64,000 nt of DNA, taken from positions 2,666,001 through 2,730,000 of the forward strand of contig OZ374562.1 in assembly GCA_977862235.1 (NCBI GenBank). Reading direction: 5' to 3'. How positions within the stretch are numbered: position 1 is the first letter of the stretch; every line of letters starts with the position of its first letter. Positions 12,625 through 25,559 of this stretch are shown one piece after another. Source of the stretch: Dudresnaya verticillata. Its lineage: Eukaryota. The notes under the pieces were generated by a model. The model worked only from the letters and a program-made list of their open reading frames with translations. It did not search any database and was not told where the DNA came from. The translations under genes were made by a program, and so were the position numbers.

Positions 12625-12705
12625 ATCCGGATTCCTACCCGGTTCCACGCGCCGATTTCGTCGCTCAAGACTTTGTTACGATCGTAACCCATACCGTCTG
12701 AAAAA

Positions 12706-14781
12706 ATGGCTGCGAGCACGCGCAGTCATACCAAGGCTTCGGCCGCAGACAAGAAGACCCCAAGGAAGGAGTTCAAGACGAAGGCTGCCAACCTAATCCG
12801 CTGCCTCAGGAATTCCAACCTTACTGATGAGCTTTCGCAGAAGCTGATCAACGTTGCTATTTCTGTTCTCTCTTCCTACCCGCTTTCAGATGTCCCAGCG
12901 AGCAGTACAGGAGATTACGAAGACGTGGAAGCCAAGCCTCCTACCGAGAAGGCCGCAAGATTTGCGATGGAGCTTCTACCGCTCCCCAAGAAGATCTTCA
13001 CAGAAGACTTCTTCGAGGTGCCTACTTTCCCAGTCAACAGTCTGTTTGAGGTGGCCCGACTCTACGAGTTTGATGATGTCCCCCAACAGTATTGGGACAA
13101 AGCCAGCCTCTCAGACACTGAGCAGAAGAACAAAGGACTTGGCAGTCTCGTTTGGTTATGCTTCTTCACTGGATGCACGGCTGAGTTCTCCATCGATGCT
13201 GTACGCCAGTTCAAGGCTTGTCGTGGATCTCCGAACCCACTCATGCACCTTCCTTTCCAGAATAATGCTGTGAAAAGCTCAGTTGCTGAGGAGAGAGAAG
13301 ATACCATCTCCCGTCAAGACCAAGAAGCTCCGATGCTACAAGATATCCGAGTGGACAAGAACCAAGTTACCATTCACGGTGGTACCACCAACGCCGCTGA
13401 TCATCCCCGCCATCGCCCGGGAAACAACCAATTTGTTCGTGGCAACAACATGCAGCAGATTTACTCCTCCGCTGCAAACTCGTACCCCCATACGCAGGAT
13501 GAGGATATCGCGCACACGATGGCTCACGTCCCGGACGGGAGTTACTATCTGCGCGCCCCACCCGCCCAGAACAAAGAGGATCACGGTTATCCGAACATGG
13601 TACAGCGTCCGTATGGATCCAACGGAGGTCCAACGAAGTACGGCCCATCACCTGCCGAGCCCGGTAGTGGCGATCAGCCTCATGGTCCGCCGTTTCAAGG
13701 TTTTGGAAGAGGTCCTCATCGCCCGAACAGGGGACCCCCGCCGAACAACTTCGGAGATGGAGCAGGTCACAACGACCGAGGTCAAAACCCTCCCACCCGC
13801 TTCCCAGATCAACGTCGAGGCTACACTTCCAACGATGATCGTGACCAGCGCGATGAACCTCGCAAGGTTAACTACTTCCAGCAGATGTTCAAGGAATACA
13901 AGTTCTCCGGACACCTGGCTCAAGACATCCATCAAACCTTCAAGCTGTATGCAGTCTGCTCAAAGCAGTACAACCTCTCTCAGGCACACAAGGCAGAACT
14001 TCTTGTTCATGCATTCGATGGTGCTGCGCGTAAGTTCTACTTTGAACACACGCGAGAGGATATGTCGTATCAGGAGAAGACCCGAGTCATGATGAAGGAG
14101 TATGTTTCCGACGCTCGTCAGCTCCAAGTCAAAGGCACTCTTGAGACTCTTCGTCTCCGGACCTTCATGACCAAGAAAGACATTTCCGATGTCGCCCATG
14201 GCTTGACGAAGCTAGGTGAGACAATCAACGAGCTTGTACCTCAATGCCCCAAGGACGTTCGCTCTGATGCTCATAAGGTTGACTACCTCCGCCGAGCAGC
14301 GATTGAGTTCCAAGAATGGTCCCGCATTCCGATACAGAACATCACGTCCCAAGTTTACAGCTTCAACGCGTTCGTCACCACGCTTCACGAGTCCATCAAG
14401 AATCTTCGTCAGCTGGAGTGGCTCACAAGTGGAGATGCGCGCCAGTCTACCTTCACAGGACTCACCGAAGAAGACAACCTTCGGCACAGCAACAGTGTCC
14501 AGACTCATATGCTTCAGTACGGTCGGAACCCGCGCAAACTCTCGCGCTACAGTTCCAAAGGTGGTGATTCTGGTGCACAACTTCGGAGCCAGCAACGAAA
14601 TAATGCTGCACGCACATTCGCTGATGCTAGACGTCGCAATGAGTGCTTCCGCTGTGGTGCTGCCAATTGGAAGCCAGGGCATCGTTGCACGAAAGGAGCC
14701 ATGCAGTCCAACATCCGGGGCCGTATTGCTGGTGGTGAAGATGCCATGCACATCTTTGCTTCTCTTGTCGGAGACATGTAG
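12706..14781 (+). CDS. gag: Copia gag-like protein (691 aa to the first stop)
   Basis: Long ORF after the 5' LTR with a zinc knuckle CFRCGAANWKPGHRC. Confidence 0.8.
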   Translation: MAASTRSHTKASAADKKTPRKEFKTKAANLIRCLRNSNLTDELSQKLINVAISVLSSYPLSDVPASSTGDYEDVEAKPPTEKAARFAMELLPLPKKIFTEDFFEVPTFPVNSLFEVARLYEFDDVPQQYWDKASLSDTEQKNKGLGSLVWLCFFTGCTAEFSIDAVRQFKACRGSPNPLMHLPFQNNAVKSSVAEEREDTISRQDQEAPMLQDIRVDKNQVTIHGGTTNAADHPRHRPGNNQFVRGNNMQQIYSSAANSYPHTQDEDIAHTMAHVPDGSYYLRAPPAQNKEDHGYPNMVQRPYGSNGGPTKYGPSPAEPGSGDQPHGPPFQGFGRGPHRPNRGPPPNNFGDGAGHNDRGQNPPTRFPDQRRGYTSNDDRDQRDEPRKVNYFQQMFKEYKFSGHLAQDIHQTFKLYAVCSKQYNLSQAHKAELLVHAFDGAARKFYFEHTREDMSYQEKTRVMMKEYVSDARQLQVKGTLETLRLRTFMTKKDISDVAHGLTKLGETINELVPQCPKDVRSDAHKVDYLRRAAIEFQEWSRIPIQNITSQVYSFNAFVTTLHESIKNLRQLEWLTSGDARQSTFTGLTEEDNLRHSNSVQTHMLQYGRNPRKLSRYSSKGGDSGAQLRSQQRNNAARTFADARRRNECFRCGAANWKPGHRCTKGAMQSNIRGRIAGGEDAMHIFASLVGDM

Positions 14782-15104
14782 GAGGAACTCACAAGTCCTC
14801 ACGACCAGGAAGATGCAGACGTCCACTATGGTTAACCCGGAGAGTCTGAACTAGATCGCTTCGACGCAGCTGGAGCCAAAACCGGAATCCAGACCAACTT
14901 CGTAGACCCTATCGAGAACTTGGAAGGAGAGATTGTAACCGACCACATCTCGGCTGGTATGCCGCAGGATGTTTGGATAGGCGACAAGAGCATGTAATGC
15001 CTCAGCCTTGTCGTCAAGCGAACAAGCGATGACAGAAGCATCATCACAAAGCAGTCCCGAGGCACTCCCACCCATCCCAAAGCACCAAGCCACCAGACAT
15101 CTTC

Positions 15105-18100
15105 ATGGTAGATATCCACGTTGGTTCTCTTGGAAAGGAGATACGGAATACAAGACCAGCTCGCTTTTTTGTGGACATTGGGGCTCCAAAGTCTGTCGTA
15201 GGACGCAAAGAGATGCAGCGCATCCTTACTGCTGCAGGCATACATTCCCGAAGACTCATGCCCTCGCGCAACAGGTTTCGCTTTGCCGACGCCACGTACG
15301 AGTCACTCGGTCGCATTTCCATACCGCTGTTGACCCCACCAGGCATAACCAACATCGACGTTGAAATGAACATTGTCGAAGCCGACATCCCCGCACTTCT
15401 TGGCATGGACGTACTGGACAAACACTCCTTGACTCCATGCACTGTCTCGAACCAACTCATCAAGCGTACGAGACACACCGACAAAGAAGGGAAGCTGGTG
15501 CACCTCAACGAGTGGCAGGTGCCGTTGACCAGCTTTGGAAGCAACCACTTGTATGCTCAGATGCACTTTTCGACAGCCAGCTACTTCACGCGTCCACAGT
15601 TGCGAAGCCTTCACCGACAGTTCTTCCATGTAAGCGCACAGAAGCTGTACAATCTTATCAAGCGAGCACGTCCAGAGGAAGCTACACCTCAAACACTGGA
15701 AACTCTCAAAGACATCTCGAAACGTTGCGACCCGTGTCAACGAATACAACACGATCCTCATCGTTTCCGTGTATCGTTTGGTGCCGAAGACTTAAGATTC
15801 AATGAACTCATCCTCATTGACATCATGTCACTTGAATCAGCGCCTGTTCTCCACATCGTTGACGAAGCCACGAAGTTCAGCGCCGCACGATTCCCCCCTG
15901 ATGTGTCGACGCAGACGATCTGGAAAACCTTGATGTCATGCTGGGCTTTCGTCTACTGTGGACTTCCGAACAGGATTCTCACTGACCAAGGCTCACAGTT
16001 TGGACAACAGTTCATCCACATAGCCCAAGTCAAAACGTTTGAAGTCAACCGCACCGGCATTGAAGCCCACTCCAGTCTTGGACTGTGCGAGAGGTACCAT
16101 GAGCCGCTGCGAACGACATACCGCAAGCTCAGGCATGCTTATCCGCATGCAGGCAAGGAGATTCTTCTAGCTTCATCATTGAAGGCAATGAACGACACTC
16201 TTGGACCCGAAGTCCTAGTACCTTCTGCTCTTGTCTTTGGGGGATTTCCACAAATTGCCACCTTGTCTGAAGAACCCGGACCTCGACCCACGGTAGCTGA
16301 ACGCGCTTCTATTGCTACTGCTGCTCGTGAGGAGATGAAGAAGAGGATGGCTGAGCTCAAGGTCAGACGAGCTCTTCACTACGCTGTCCCACCTGCTTCC
16401 GAGCGCAGATATGAGCCTGGTGATCGCGTGCTTGTATTTCGCGAGAAGATCATTGCCAACCGCATTGGAGAATGGCTCGTACCTTTAGAAGTAGAATCGG
16501 TTGACTACTCCAAGAAGTTTGTGTTCATCCGAGACATCGAAGGAAGTCCCGCTCGGCCTTTCAGCGTCATGCAGGTGAAACCATACTTCACCCCCGAACT
16601 TCTTGCACAAACCTTCATGGCAGACATCGGCAAAAGTCTGAACCCGTTCAAGTCCCCGAAGATGGAAGAGGATGGGATATTCATGTCGGAAGTGCTTGAT
16701 CCGAACGATGAACGAGCCAAGCACTACGAGATGACTGAAGCCAAGAAGGTAGAACTCCGCAACTTCATGCAGCGCGGTACGTTCAAGGTGATACTCAAGG
16801 AAGACATCCCAAGAGACGCGAATGTTCTTCCAGGAAGATTTGTACTCGCGATCAAGTCCTCGCTGGACGGCAAGATCAAGTATAAGGCCCGATACGTCAT
16901 TGGAGGCCATCGCGAAAAGATGAAGGACATGATGGTGCACTCCACGACAACCTTGCAACCTCAGTCAGTAAGACTGCTTCTTGCGTTGGCAGGCATCTTT
17001 GGCTTTGACATCTGAACGGCAGATATCAGGCAAGCCTACCTTCAAGCTTCCGAACCATTGGCACGACACGTGTTCATCGGCAAGCCCGCTGCAGAGTTTG
17101 AACTTGAGCCTGACCAGTGTCTTCAACTCTTGAAGCCGTTATATGGACTATGCGATGCAGGAGATTTGTGGCATATCACACTTGACAAGCACCATCGCCT
17201 TGAGTTGGGAATGAAGCCGATGCGCATTGATCCCGCACTGTACTACCTGCTGAGTGAAGGAGTACTACAAGGCTTGAGTGGGTGCTATGCTGACGACCTG
17301 ATCCGCTGCGGAAGCGAAAAGTTTCGAAAACGCTCGCAGCAAACCAACGCACGCTTCGAGGTGACGGACGAGTCCAAGCTTCCAGCAGAGTTCACAGGAT
17401 TTGTCATCGATCGCGATAAGGATGGCACGATGTACATCGACCAGAACGCGTACCTCCGCAAGCTGGAATGTCTGCACCCAGATGCAACCTTTCGCGAATT
17501 CCGGTTCATGTGCATGAAGCTGGCATGGTTGTCTAACTCACGCCCTGACTGCCTTTTCGAAGTATCTCAGCTCGCACAAGTCACAGAGGAAGACTTCTTC
17601 AAGAACAGGCAAGCCAATATCCGACGTCTCAACAAGGCTGTAACGTACGCGGTTGACCATCGAGTCCGCCTACGCGTCCCAAGGTTGAAGGCAGACACCA
17701 TTAAGGTGATTGGATTCTCGGATGCCTCGTTCGCCAACAACAGGGATCTCAGTTCCCAGCTTGGCCACGTTGTGCTTCTCACTGACGACAGTGGATCTTC
17801 AGTCCCGGTCAGCTTCAAGTTGTACAAGTCAAGACGGGTGACTCGCTCAGCAATGTCCGGGGAAGTTATCGCATTCTCCGACATGTTCGACATCGCCATC
17901 GCCATCGCAGGTGAGCTTGGAGTTCTTCTCAACAAGACTGTCCCGGTCCAACTTCTAACCGACAGCAAGAGTCTCATCGACGTCATATCCAAAGGCTCCA
18001 GAACTTCTGAGAAGAGGATGACGCTTTACATCGCTGCGGCACGCGAAGGGTTCCGCGATAAGACGATCTCGGACATCGGGTTTGTCCGCAGTAGCTCCAA

Positions 18101-18206
18101 CATCGCTCATGGCTTGACAAAGATGATGAGTCAAGCACAGTTGCGAGAAGTTGTCGTTTCCGGTTCGCTAAACATTCAGCCGGAGCAGTGGATCGCTCGC
18201 AAATAG
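15105..18206 (+). pseudogene. pol: Copia pol (PR-INT-RT-RNase H), nonsense codon at 17013-17015
   Basis: FVDIGAPKS, LHRQFFH...CDPC, TDQGSQF, YKARYVIGGH, KPLYGL, YADDLI, FSDASFA, TDSKSL. Confidence 0.93.
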
Positions 18207-18676
18207 ACAGAGACGCACATGACTGCATTATCTTTCGCGAAAAAAAGAAAGAAATTGTCGGTATCCTGTGGCATTTTCGCAAGTGTCACATTGTTTCGCA
18301 TACCCACGAACAAGAATAAGACGTTGCAAACACCCCAAGCGTCCAAGATGGTTGAAGCCCCCCAACTTGCAACTGGGACCCGGCACGAGGCCTTTAGGGC
18401 CCCGAACCAGATGACGTTTGGATGGCGTTAAGGAATTGGACCTCTCCCATTGGGATTTCCCCGCAAGGTTGAGCGCGAAGCTGCGGACCGGCACAACATA
18501 GGTGTCTTGTAGCCCGCCGCATGGGTCAATCGGCAAGAAGGAGTGGTAGCAAGCTACCATTTGAGTGAAGACGAGTCCACAAGCGATCCAGGACGCCATA
18601 GGGTGCTGCGCGGTCAGGTTGGTTCGTGAGCAGAGCAGGGGAGGGGAAGGAAGGCACACCCGGTGGCCTCTTAAAT

Positions 18677-18874
18677 CCCGCCTGATGATTATCACAGTTG
18701 GTAATTTCTACCCGACCATTTGGCGCACGATTTCCCGCCCCGGAATTGCCGCCCTGGGCCCGATTTATCTGCCCGCCTCATGATTATCATAGTGTGCAAT
18801 TTCTACCCGACGATTTAGGCGCCAGCATTTGGGCCCGGAAATTGCCGCCCTGCGCCCGACTATTCTTCCCGCCT
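18677..18874. repeat. Two diverged ~95-bp tandem units in the Copia 3' UTR
   Basis: CCCGCCT(G/C)ATGATTATCA...TTTCTACCCGAC...AATTGCCGCCCTG at 18677 and 18772. Confidence 0.75.
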
Positions 18875-18933
18875 ATGTCTAATGCAAATTAGCTATGCGC
18901 GCATCGCCGACGACCGTTCTGCGACAGGGGGAG

Positions 18934-19344
18934 TGTCGATTTGCACCCATCTGTGTCGCAGAGTCGCACTGTAAGATACCTTACAGTGCTCCCGCCGTCG
19001 GCGACCACCGCGCCGTCCGCGCGCGACGCGCGCGCCCGACTGCAACTGGCTGGGCTACTTCAAGCCCCGCTCCTCTGAGCACGATCGAAGTAGAAGAGTA
19101 AGCAACGTTGACGAGAACGTCCGTTGCGTCAGCCGCGGTGGTCTGCCGTAGCCCTCTTCCCTTGCTTCGATAAACCTCGCCCACCTCTCTGACCCGCTCG
19201 CTCCGCTCGCGCCCCGCTTCGCCCGGCTTCGCCCCGCTCGCGCCCCTTTCCCCGTGTTCCGCGACCCTGCGCGCTGTGCCCGCAGAGCGGTGATTCTACA
19301 CCACTCTCACGCCGCGCGCGCCATTCGACCTGCTACGGACGACA
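18934..19344 (+). repeat. Copia 3' LTR
   Basis: Direct repeat of 12217-12624, preceded by the PPT. Confidence 0.9.
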
Positions 19345-19799
19345 AAATCCCAGTGGGACATTGGGCCAACGTCTCACTTGTAACCGCAGCCACGGGCGGC
19401 CGTTTTGCAGCGGTTCACAATAGTGACAAATCACTTGGTTCGCTGTCCCAATCTTGTCGGCGCCAGTCTCATTATTCCGGCGAACTTCGTGCGCTTTCGC
19501 GCGGAAAGCCCCAAGCGGCTGCATACTTCAACGGCATCACAGCGGCTTCCGCTGCAGTTCCCTCTGCCCGCCCACACTTCGCTCCACCATCTCCAACCAC
19601 CTCCGCGCCCTGCGCTTTCCTTCCCTCTCAAACCTACCGCCACGCGGTGTTCAAACCGCTCATCTTAACGAGCCGCAGTGGCTGTGCGTAGGTACAAGCG
19701 CCAATCTTCGGCTGCGGTCTCCGGTGTCCTAGGCTGACAGACTGTCATCCTACGGCTGCGCCGTCGAGTTTCGTTCGGAAAGAAGAGTCATCGTGACTA

Positions 19800-20465
19800 T
19801 TGTGGTCGATTCGTTCGTCCCTTCGAAGTCGGATGAGTAACAGCCAGATGGCTTATGGGGCCGTCGGTTCAAGCGTCGGTGTGCTAGGCGTGGACTTGGA
19901 CCATTTTGGCGTCCCCTTCTCCGTTAAGGAGAGTCACGACTGGAGGGTGCGCACCGACTTGGCGCACCTGAAAGCGCATGCTGGCGCTGACCGCACGGAT
20001 ATCCGCCGGCATGGAATGCGCAAGGCGCAGCGTCGCACGTGGTATTCGCATGCCCGTTCCCGCGTGAGCCTATTAACTTGATTAACTCGTGGTCTTCCCA
20101 CCCTCACGGGGCCGTGACAGTGGGATCTAGCACACCCGCGCTTCCGTCATGAGGTGCGCTATACAGCCGCCTTATGTAATAAGCTCAATTATGCTAGAAC
20201 AAATCCAACGCGTTCATGACGTTGGGGAATTCGACCTTGTTATTGTGGTACACGAGCGCCCGCTGATCCGCAGCGGCAGGGACAACTACCCTTACACCAC
20301 AGCCCCGGTTGTCCGTTGGGATGAAACTTCAAACTTCAAGTATGCCCCGGACAGCCCCCAAACGGCAATGCCGTCCGACTTAGTACGTTTCGAACGTCGT
20401 AACCGCCACCGCACCGGCTGTTTCGTGCCGGCGCATTGCCAAGAGGTTCTCTCTATCCGACCGGA
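19800..20465 (+). pseudogene. Gypsy-B antisense ORF, N-terminal part
   Basis: SHDWRVRTD and RFERRNRHRTGCFVP match the Gypsy-A and Gypsy-D ORFs. It continues in frame at 34464 once the DNA transposon is removed. Confidence 0.7.
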
Positions 20466-21585
20466 AACACTAATTTCGCCGGCTACAGAATTTCCAAAAC
20501 GGAACAGAATTTTTTGAGGGTCCTTGAATCCCGTCGTTCGATAGCGCGTTGGAAGGGGGCGCTACCGTGAGAATAGTGGTGCAAACAGATCGGAGCAAAC
20601 GCAAATAGTTTCGGAGTTATGCGCTCCGGCATATGGGCCCCCCCGGGGTCGAAAGTTCCCGAAAGTTGTGATTTTTCCGAAAAGTTCCAATTAAAAATTC
20701 TCCAGAAATTGATTCTGCCCCGTCCCGCCGCCCGCGCCCCCGCCCCCGACCGCACACCGCATTCTGGCGACTTCCCACCGCATTCCGACGTGCTCGGACT
20801 TGTCTTCCCACCGCATTCCGACGCGCGCTCGGCCACCTCCTCACGTTCGACAGCCACTCCCACCATCACCCTTCCTGGTGCTGCTACTGGCCCACACATT
20901 CGGCATTCCGGCGCGTGCGCACGCGCTCTGCTTCTGCCTTGCGCGTAATGAGGCGTGCTTCCCCATCCCCTCCCAGACCCGTAGTGCCGCTCCCCGCCCC
21001 AGTCCGGACTGTGACCGCGCTCTGTCTCACGTTCCCTGCCGTTCACCGACACCTCGCCGTCACCCTTCCCCGCGCTCCTGCGCACCGCGCCCGGCCGCAT
21101 TCTGACACGTCCACATCAAGTTGCCGCATTCGGGCGCACGGTCAGCCCCTCCCAGCAGTCTCCTGACACGCCTCCCTCACCCTTCCCTGCGCTCCTGCGC
21201 ACCGCGCCCGGCCGCATTCTGACACGTCCACATCAAGTTGCCGCATTCGGGCGCACGGTCAGCCCCTCCCAGCAGTCTCCTGACACGCCTCCCTCACCCT
21301 TCCCTGCGCTCCTGCGCACCGCGCCCGGCCGCATTCTGACACGTCCTCATCAAGTGCCCACATTCTGACGCACGGTCAGCCCCGCCCAACAGTCCCCCGA
21401 CAAGCCTCCCTCACCCCTACCTCGCTCCCGTGCGGCACGGGCACCCGCATTCTGACCCGGCCTCACAACTGGGCCCACAACCCGCCCGACCTGGTACACT
21501 ACCAGGTAGCTAAGCCGCTTGTGCACCCGCGGTTCGGACTTAGCTTGTGGCGTAGACGGGCGCTACAGGCGTCGAATGGTCTTGC
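20466..21585 (+). repeat. Left TIR (~1.1 kb) with 3 x 117-bp tandem units
   Basis: Reverse complement of 33303-34459. Units start at 21061, 21178 and 21295, with a partial unit at 21412. Confidence 0.93.
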
Positions 21586-21693
21586 ATTTCTCGTGTGCTG
21601 CATCAACCTGAGAGTAGAATTTACTGGTTGTAGCTGTTTCTCGTATCAAGATCCGGCATCTCTAACTAACAACAGCAATTCTCTGATTCTCTT

Positions 21694-24623
21694 CTAGACG
21701 AGCTGCGGTAGACTTCTCTTCGTAAGAGCTTCGAATTCGACCATTACGGTCGCGACGCCGACAGTACCAGTCCATGGCTGCTTAGTCGCTGAGTATATGG
21801 ATGTCTTGTACTTTCCGTCCCAAACACCCTTACCGTGATACGCCTCGTACCATCTTATATACAGCTCAGTAGCCTTTCCCGCAGCGTCCTGCACAACATC
21901 TAGAATCTGTCCAACCCAAAATGGGCATCGTGCGGTGGCGTTTTCCCTCACAACGGCAACGAAGTAGTTCTTCGTGTACTGCAGGTCTGGAGAGGGGGTC
22001 ACAGTCTCCTCCTCACCTTCATCTCCTTCCGGTACGTTCTCCAGCGCCGCTCTTCCGCTGTACTTTACCCTTGTCTCAAACATGTGCCCCATATCCCAAT
22101 GAAACGTTTCCAGCCTATCTCTGCCCACGTGGTCCCGCAATTCCTGCAGCTCCCTCATCTTTCCCGTGTCATTCACACGTGTATCTTCAGAACGAAACCT
22201 GTCGTTGACTTCCTTCAAATCTTGCGGCGATTTGACCACTGTTGCTGGGTTCTTGCCAAGGTCAGGAGGAGATAGTATGAACCCCTTATGCTCTCCTCCT
22301 GTCTGCAACGGAACCCAGTCATCCGCGCATGTCATTCTCAATTGACAGCCTGTCACGAAAGCTGCAACAGATTCTGCCTCTTCCGTCGCAGCTGGACCCA
22401 CACGGTGGAATCTGAAATAGCGATAGGTCGTGAATGCCTCAACATTACCAATGCATCCTTCCTGTCGACACAGGCCTGAGAAATTCGCAATTTGAAGCAT
22501 GCGACTGACAACTGGTTCTGGACTTTACGACTGCCGAAGCTCTTCCATCAATTCAGTCATTGTGACTGCGTCCCAAACTTTAAGCCGGCGTGCCGTGCAC
22601 GAAAAGGCCTGATCTATATCTTTGTGAGTGTGCCCGACAGGCAGGAAAGACACGAAGACCTCTTGGAACACACCCCATGCAACGAGACTCTCCAGGTATG
22701 AGAACAAAAAGGTATCTTTGTTCTCTCTCGAACAGTTGTCTACTTGTAGAAATAGAGTCCCTTGCAGCTCTCCTCTGGACTTTTTGCCCGAAAGTGTTCT
22801 GTGCAACGCCTCGATAATGTGGTTCGCGCCGGTCTCGAACTCACCGGTCATTGTGTACAAGTGCAGACGCTTCTCAGCCCTGTGTTCAAGCACCCCAATA
22901 AGTTTCGCTTTCATGGCATGCCCAATGCTGGCTTTGGACGACACCACAAAATGGGGAAGTCCAAATGCAGACTGATCAGCACCATCCACTATGAGGGAGC
23001 AATACTCTTGCGGCAATAGTATCGCCTTCTCACATTTTTTCTGATATTCACGTCTCTCTGCCTGTATGAATTTCAAGTGAATGTTGCGCCGCTCATGCAG
23101 GTGTTCAGTGCCTGCTCCAGAGGTCCCTGCCTGAGCAGGTCGCTCGCGAATGAGTTCGCATTCGCTGCACTTTGCAAATCGGTGTGTCTTTCGCACCTTA
23201 ATGCGTGAGCAACTGTGTTTCCATACAAAGTAAAAGTAACTCTGACACGGAATATCCCTGTTTCTGTACAGCCTGGTGTGGTCCAATTTGAAGATGTCGT
23301 ACACAACTGATTTCTGAAAGTAGGGGAGGTGTGACTCCCCATTATCGGGCATTGGTTCAGCAGTGCTGTCTGCAAGACGTTCAAGGAAGCAAATGATAGT
23401 ATCCTGCTGATGGGATGAGGTATCACGCCTCGCATTGTTTGGGAGTTGCAGCTTCCGGCACTGCCTCGTGCCTTTTACAGAGGTCTGTAAGTCGCGGGAG
23501 AATCCAAAGGCCTGCTCCAAAAAGCTGTAACAGACAGGCAGGCGGTTGAAAAAGTATTTCATCTTGCTCGTGTCCAACAGATTGCAAAGATACGTTCGCC
23601 TTGCTTCTACGTTCATTCCGGCAATTCTGCGCGCCTCCGCCTTTAATTACACTTGCTCCACACTTTGGAAGCACTTTTCCCGATGCAGCATCTCATTGAC
23701 TGTGTTTTTGCGCGTTCCAGTTCTTGGAAGAGGTGTTTACGTCTCTTCTGAAGACTTCCTCTCTCACTGAATGTCTGCTGCTTTCTCTTCCTGTAAGTAT
23801 ACTTTCGCTTCATCCTGACCTGCACCTTCCGAAAAGGGTCATACGCATCGTCATCACTTTCCAACACGGCGTCCGCATCATCATGGCTGGCCTCCCTCAA
23901 ATGCTCTCTCGGTTCACTCAATTCCTCACTGCTCGGAGCATTGCCAGGCGGGGGTGTTGTTCGAATTGACCGCGCTGCGGCATCCGCTTGCGTCCCCGCA
24001 CTTTGTGGGAGGGGTGATGCTGGCCTGGTCGCGTCAACTGGTGTCATCTGCTGGGGTGATGCCGTAGGGGCCACCGCTGCGGCAGTGTTTTCTGCAGTTG
24101 ACGTTGGGGGGCAATTGCTCAGTATTGGGTAAATTCTGCGACGAACTATGCCCTGTCGTGGAGAGTAAAACCATCTCTGGCACAACAGCGCGATTTCTCG
24201 ATTGCCGAGCTCCTGAATGTAGTTCACATCCCATGCATGAAAACCACCACCCATCTCCCCAAGTTTGTGCGGAACTGAGTCCGTTGTCTTGTACTTGTAT
24301 TTGTACTGAAGTTTCTCATACGGTTGCATGATTTGTGCTCGGTAAACCACAACCAGCTTCTCCCCTTTTTTCTGACTGGGAGACAATTTGTGGCCATGCA
24401 GGGTGCCACAATACCTGCCAGACTGGTCTGCGTCCTCTTTTATCCCCTGTCTCTTGACAATAGCAGTACCGACCATTTCCCTGTCATACAGAAGAGCAAC
24501 ACGCCCTTCATCGCGCGCGTTGCCTCCTCCTTTCTTTGCTTCATTTTCTCGCTCAGCACAATCCGTAGTTGACGGGCTCATTTCCATGTCGTTCAAAATG
24601 TATTTCCGCGACGGCATCTGCAC
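21694..24623 (-). pseudogene. Sola-like DDD transposase (~975 aa reconstructed; 1 frameshift, 2 stops)
   Basis: RCC..KCF, FAKCSEC...H, LIVDGADQ, LQVDNCSRENK, FLPVGHTHKDIDQAFS. ORFs 22525-23616 and 21694-22500 are in frame across a TAA. Confidence 0.85.
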
Positions 24624-25559
24624 CCAGCTTGTGAGAGTGCCACTCGTTCTGTCTTCCCTTCACGCTCTAAGCAGAGCGCCCGCTTTGCAGTCTGTTAAGG
24701 CACCTGGCCGACCTGGCGGGGAGGCGCAGCCCTTCGCAGCAAAACGCTTGCGCATTAAATACCCTCTGTGATACCGCGGCGGGCCGCCTGTTGCCTGCTC
24801 TTGAGGCTTCACACCCGTGGAGCTGCATGAGTGGCTACACGGTGTGCATCTGGGTTATCTTCTGCAACCCAGATTCTGTTTGTGATCAGATTCTGGTTCT
24901 GCACTTGGCCAATTACATTTCAGGACAAGTCTCCACATGCATGCGGAGCCACACAAGCTGCAGCTTCTGGGAGGCGGACACATACAGCTGACGGTCTCCG
25001 CAGCTTCTGAGAGGCGCTCTCTCAGCTGCTTTGCGATTCGATATGCGCGGTCATATGCTTCCCTGTAGCCCTCATTGTACGCCTTTGCTGCATACGCGCC
25101 CAACCCGTTGCCTCCTTCCTTGAAATAGTCTCGCGGTCCAAGAACAGGGACGCCCCATACCCATGCACTGCAGGAATGTTCAACGATTGGAAATCAGGGA
25201 CTCACCGCTTCAGGCCCGTCTTCTGATCCGGCTGCACCAACCCCATCTACCTCAACTCTGCGTCGTTTCAACCCAGCACAACTCGAGTATTATTTTGCGT
25301 TGTCAGCCAAGGCACCGATTTCATCCGCATCTTCGCCCTGCGTTCCAGACCCATCAACAACACGCGTTGCTCCCCTTCCCTGTAACCACTTGTCAGCACC
25401 AGCCGCCCTCAGCGCTGACTCAATATGCATCTCCTTCATCCAAAAGCCGAGGACCCTATCCAACCCACCAACAATGGGCTCTTCCTCATCTCCAGAGTAC
25501 ATGAGTACAGAAAGCCCGTGCTTCCCGAATCACCCGGCTCTGCCCACTCGGTGGCGGCA

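Larger units (their letters stand above)
12217..19344 (+). mobile_element. Full-length Ty1/Copia LTR retrotransposon
   Basis: LTRs TGTCG...CGACA, TSD CAATC/AAATC (1 mismatch), PPT AGGGGGAG before 18934. Domain order is gag-PR-INT-RT-RH. Confidence 0.95.

Noticed and set aside
18228..18695. Antisense ORF in the Copia 3' region
   Set aside because: No recognisable motif, no similarity to the Gypsy antisense family, and only one copy to judge from.
21061..21460. CRISPR-like array
   Set aside because: Contiguous 117-bp tandem units without unique spacers, mirrored in the other TIR, with no cas genes.
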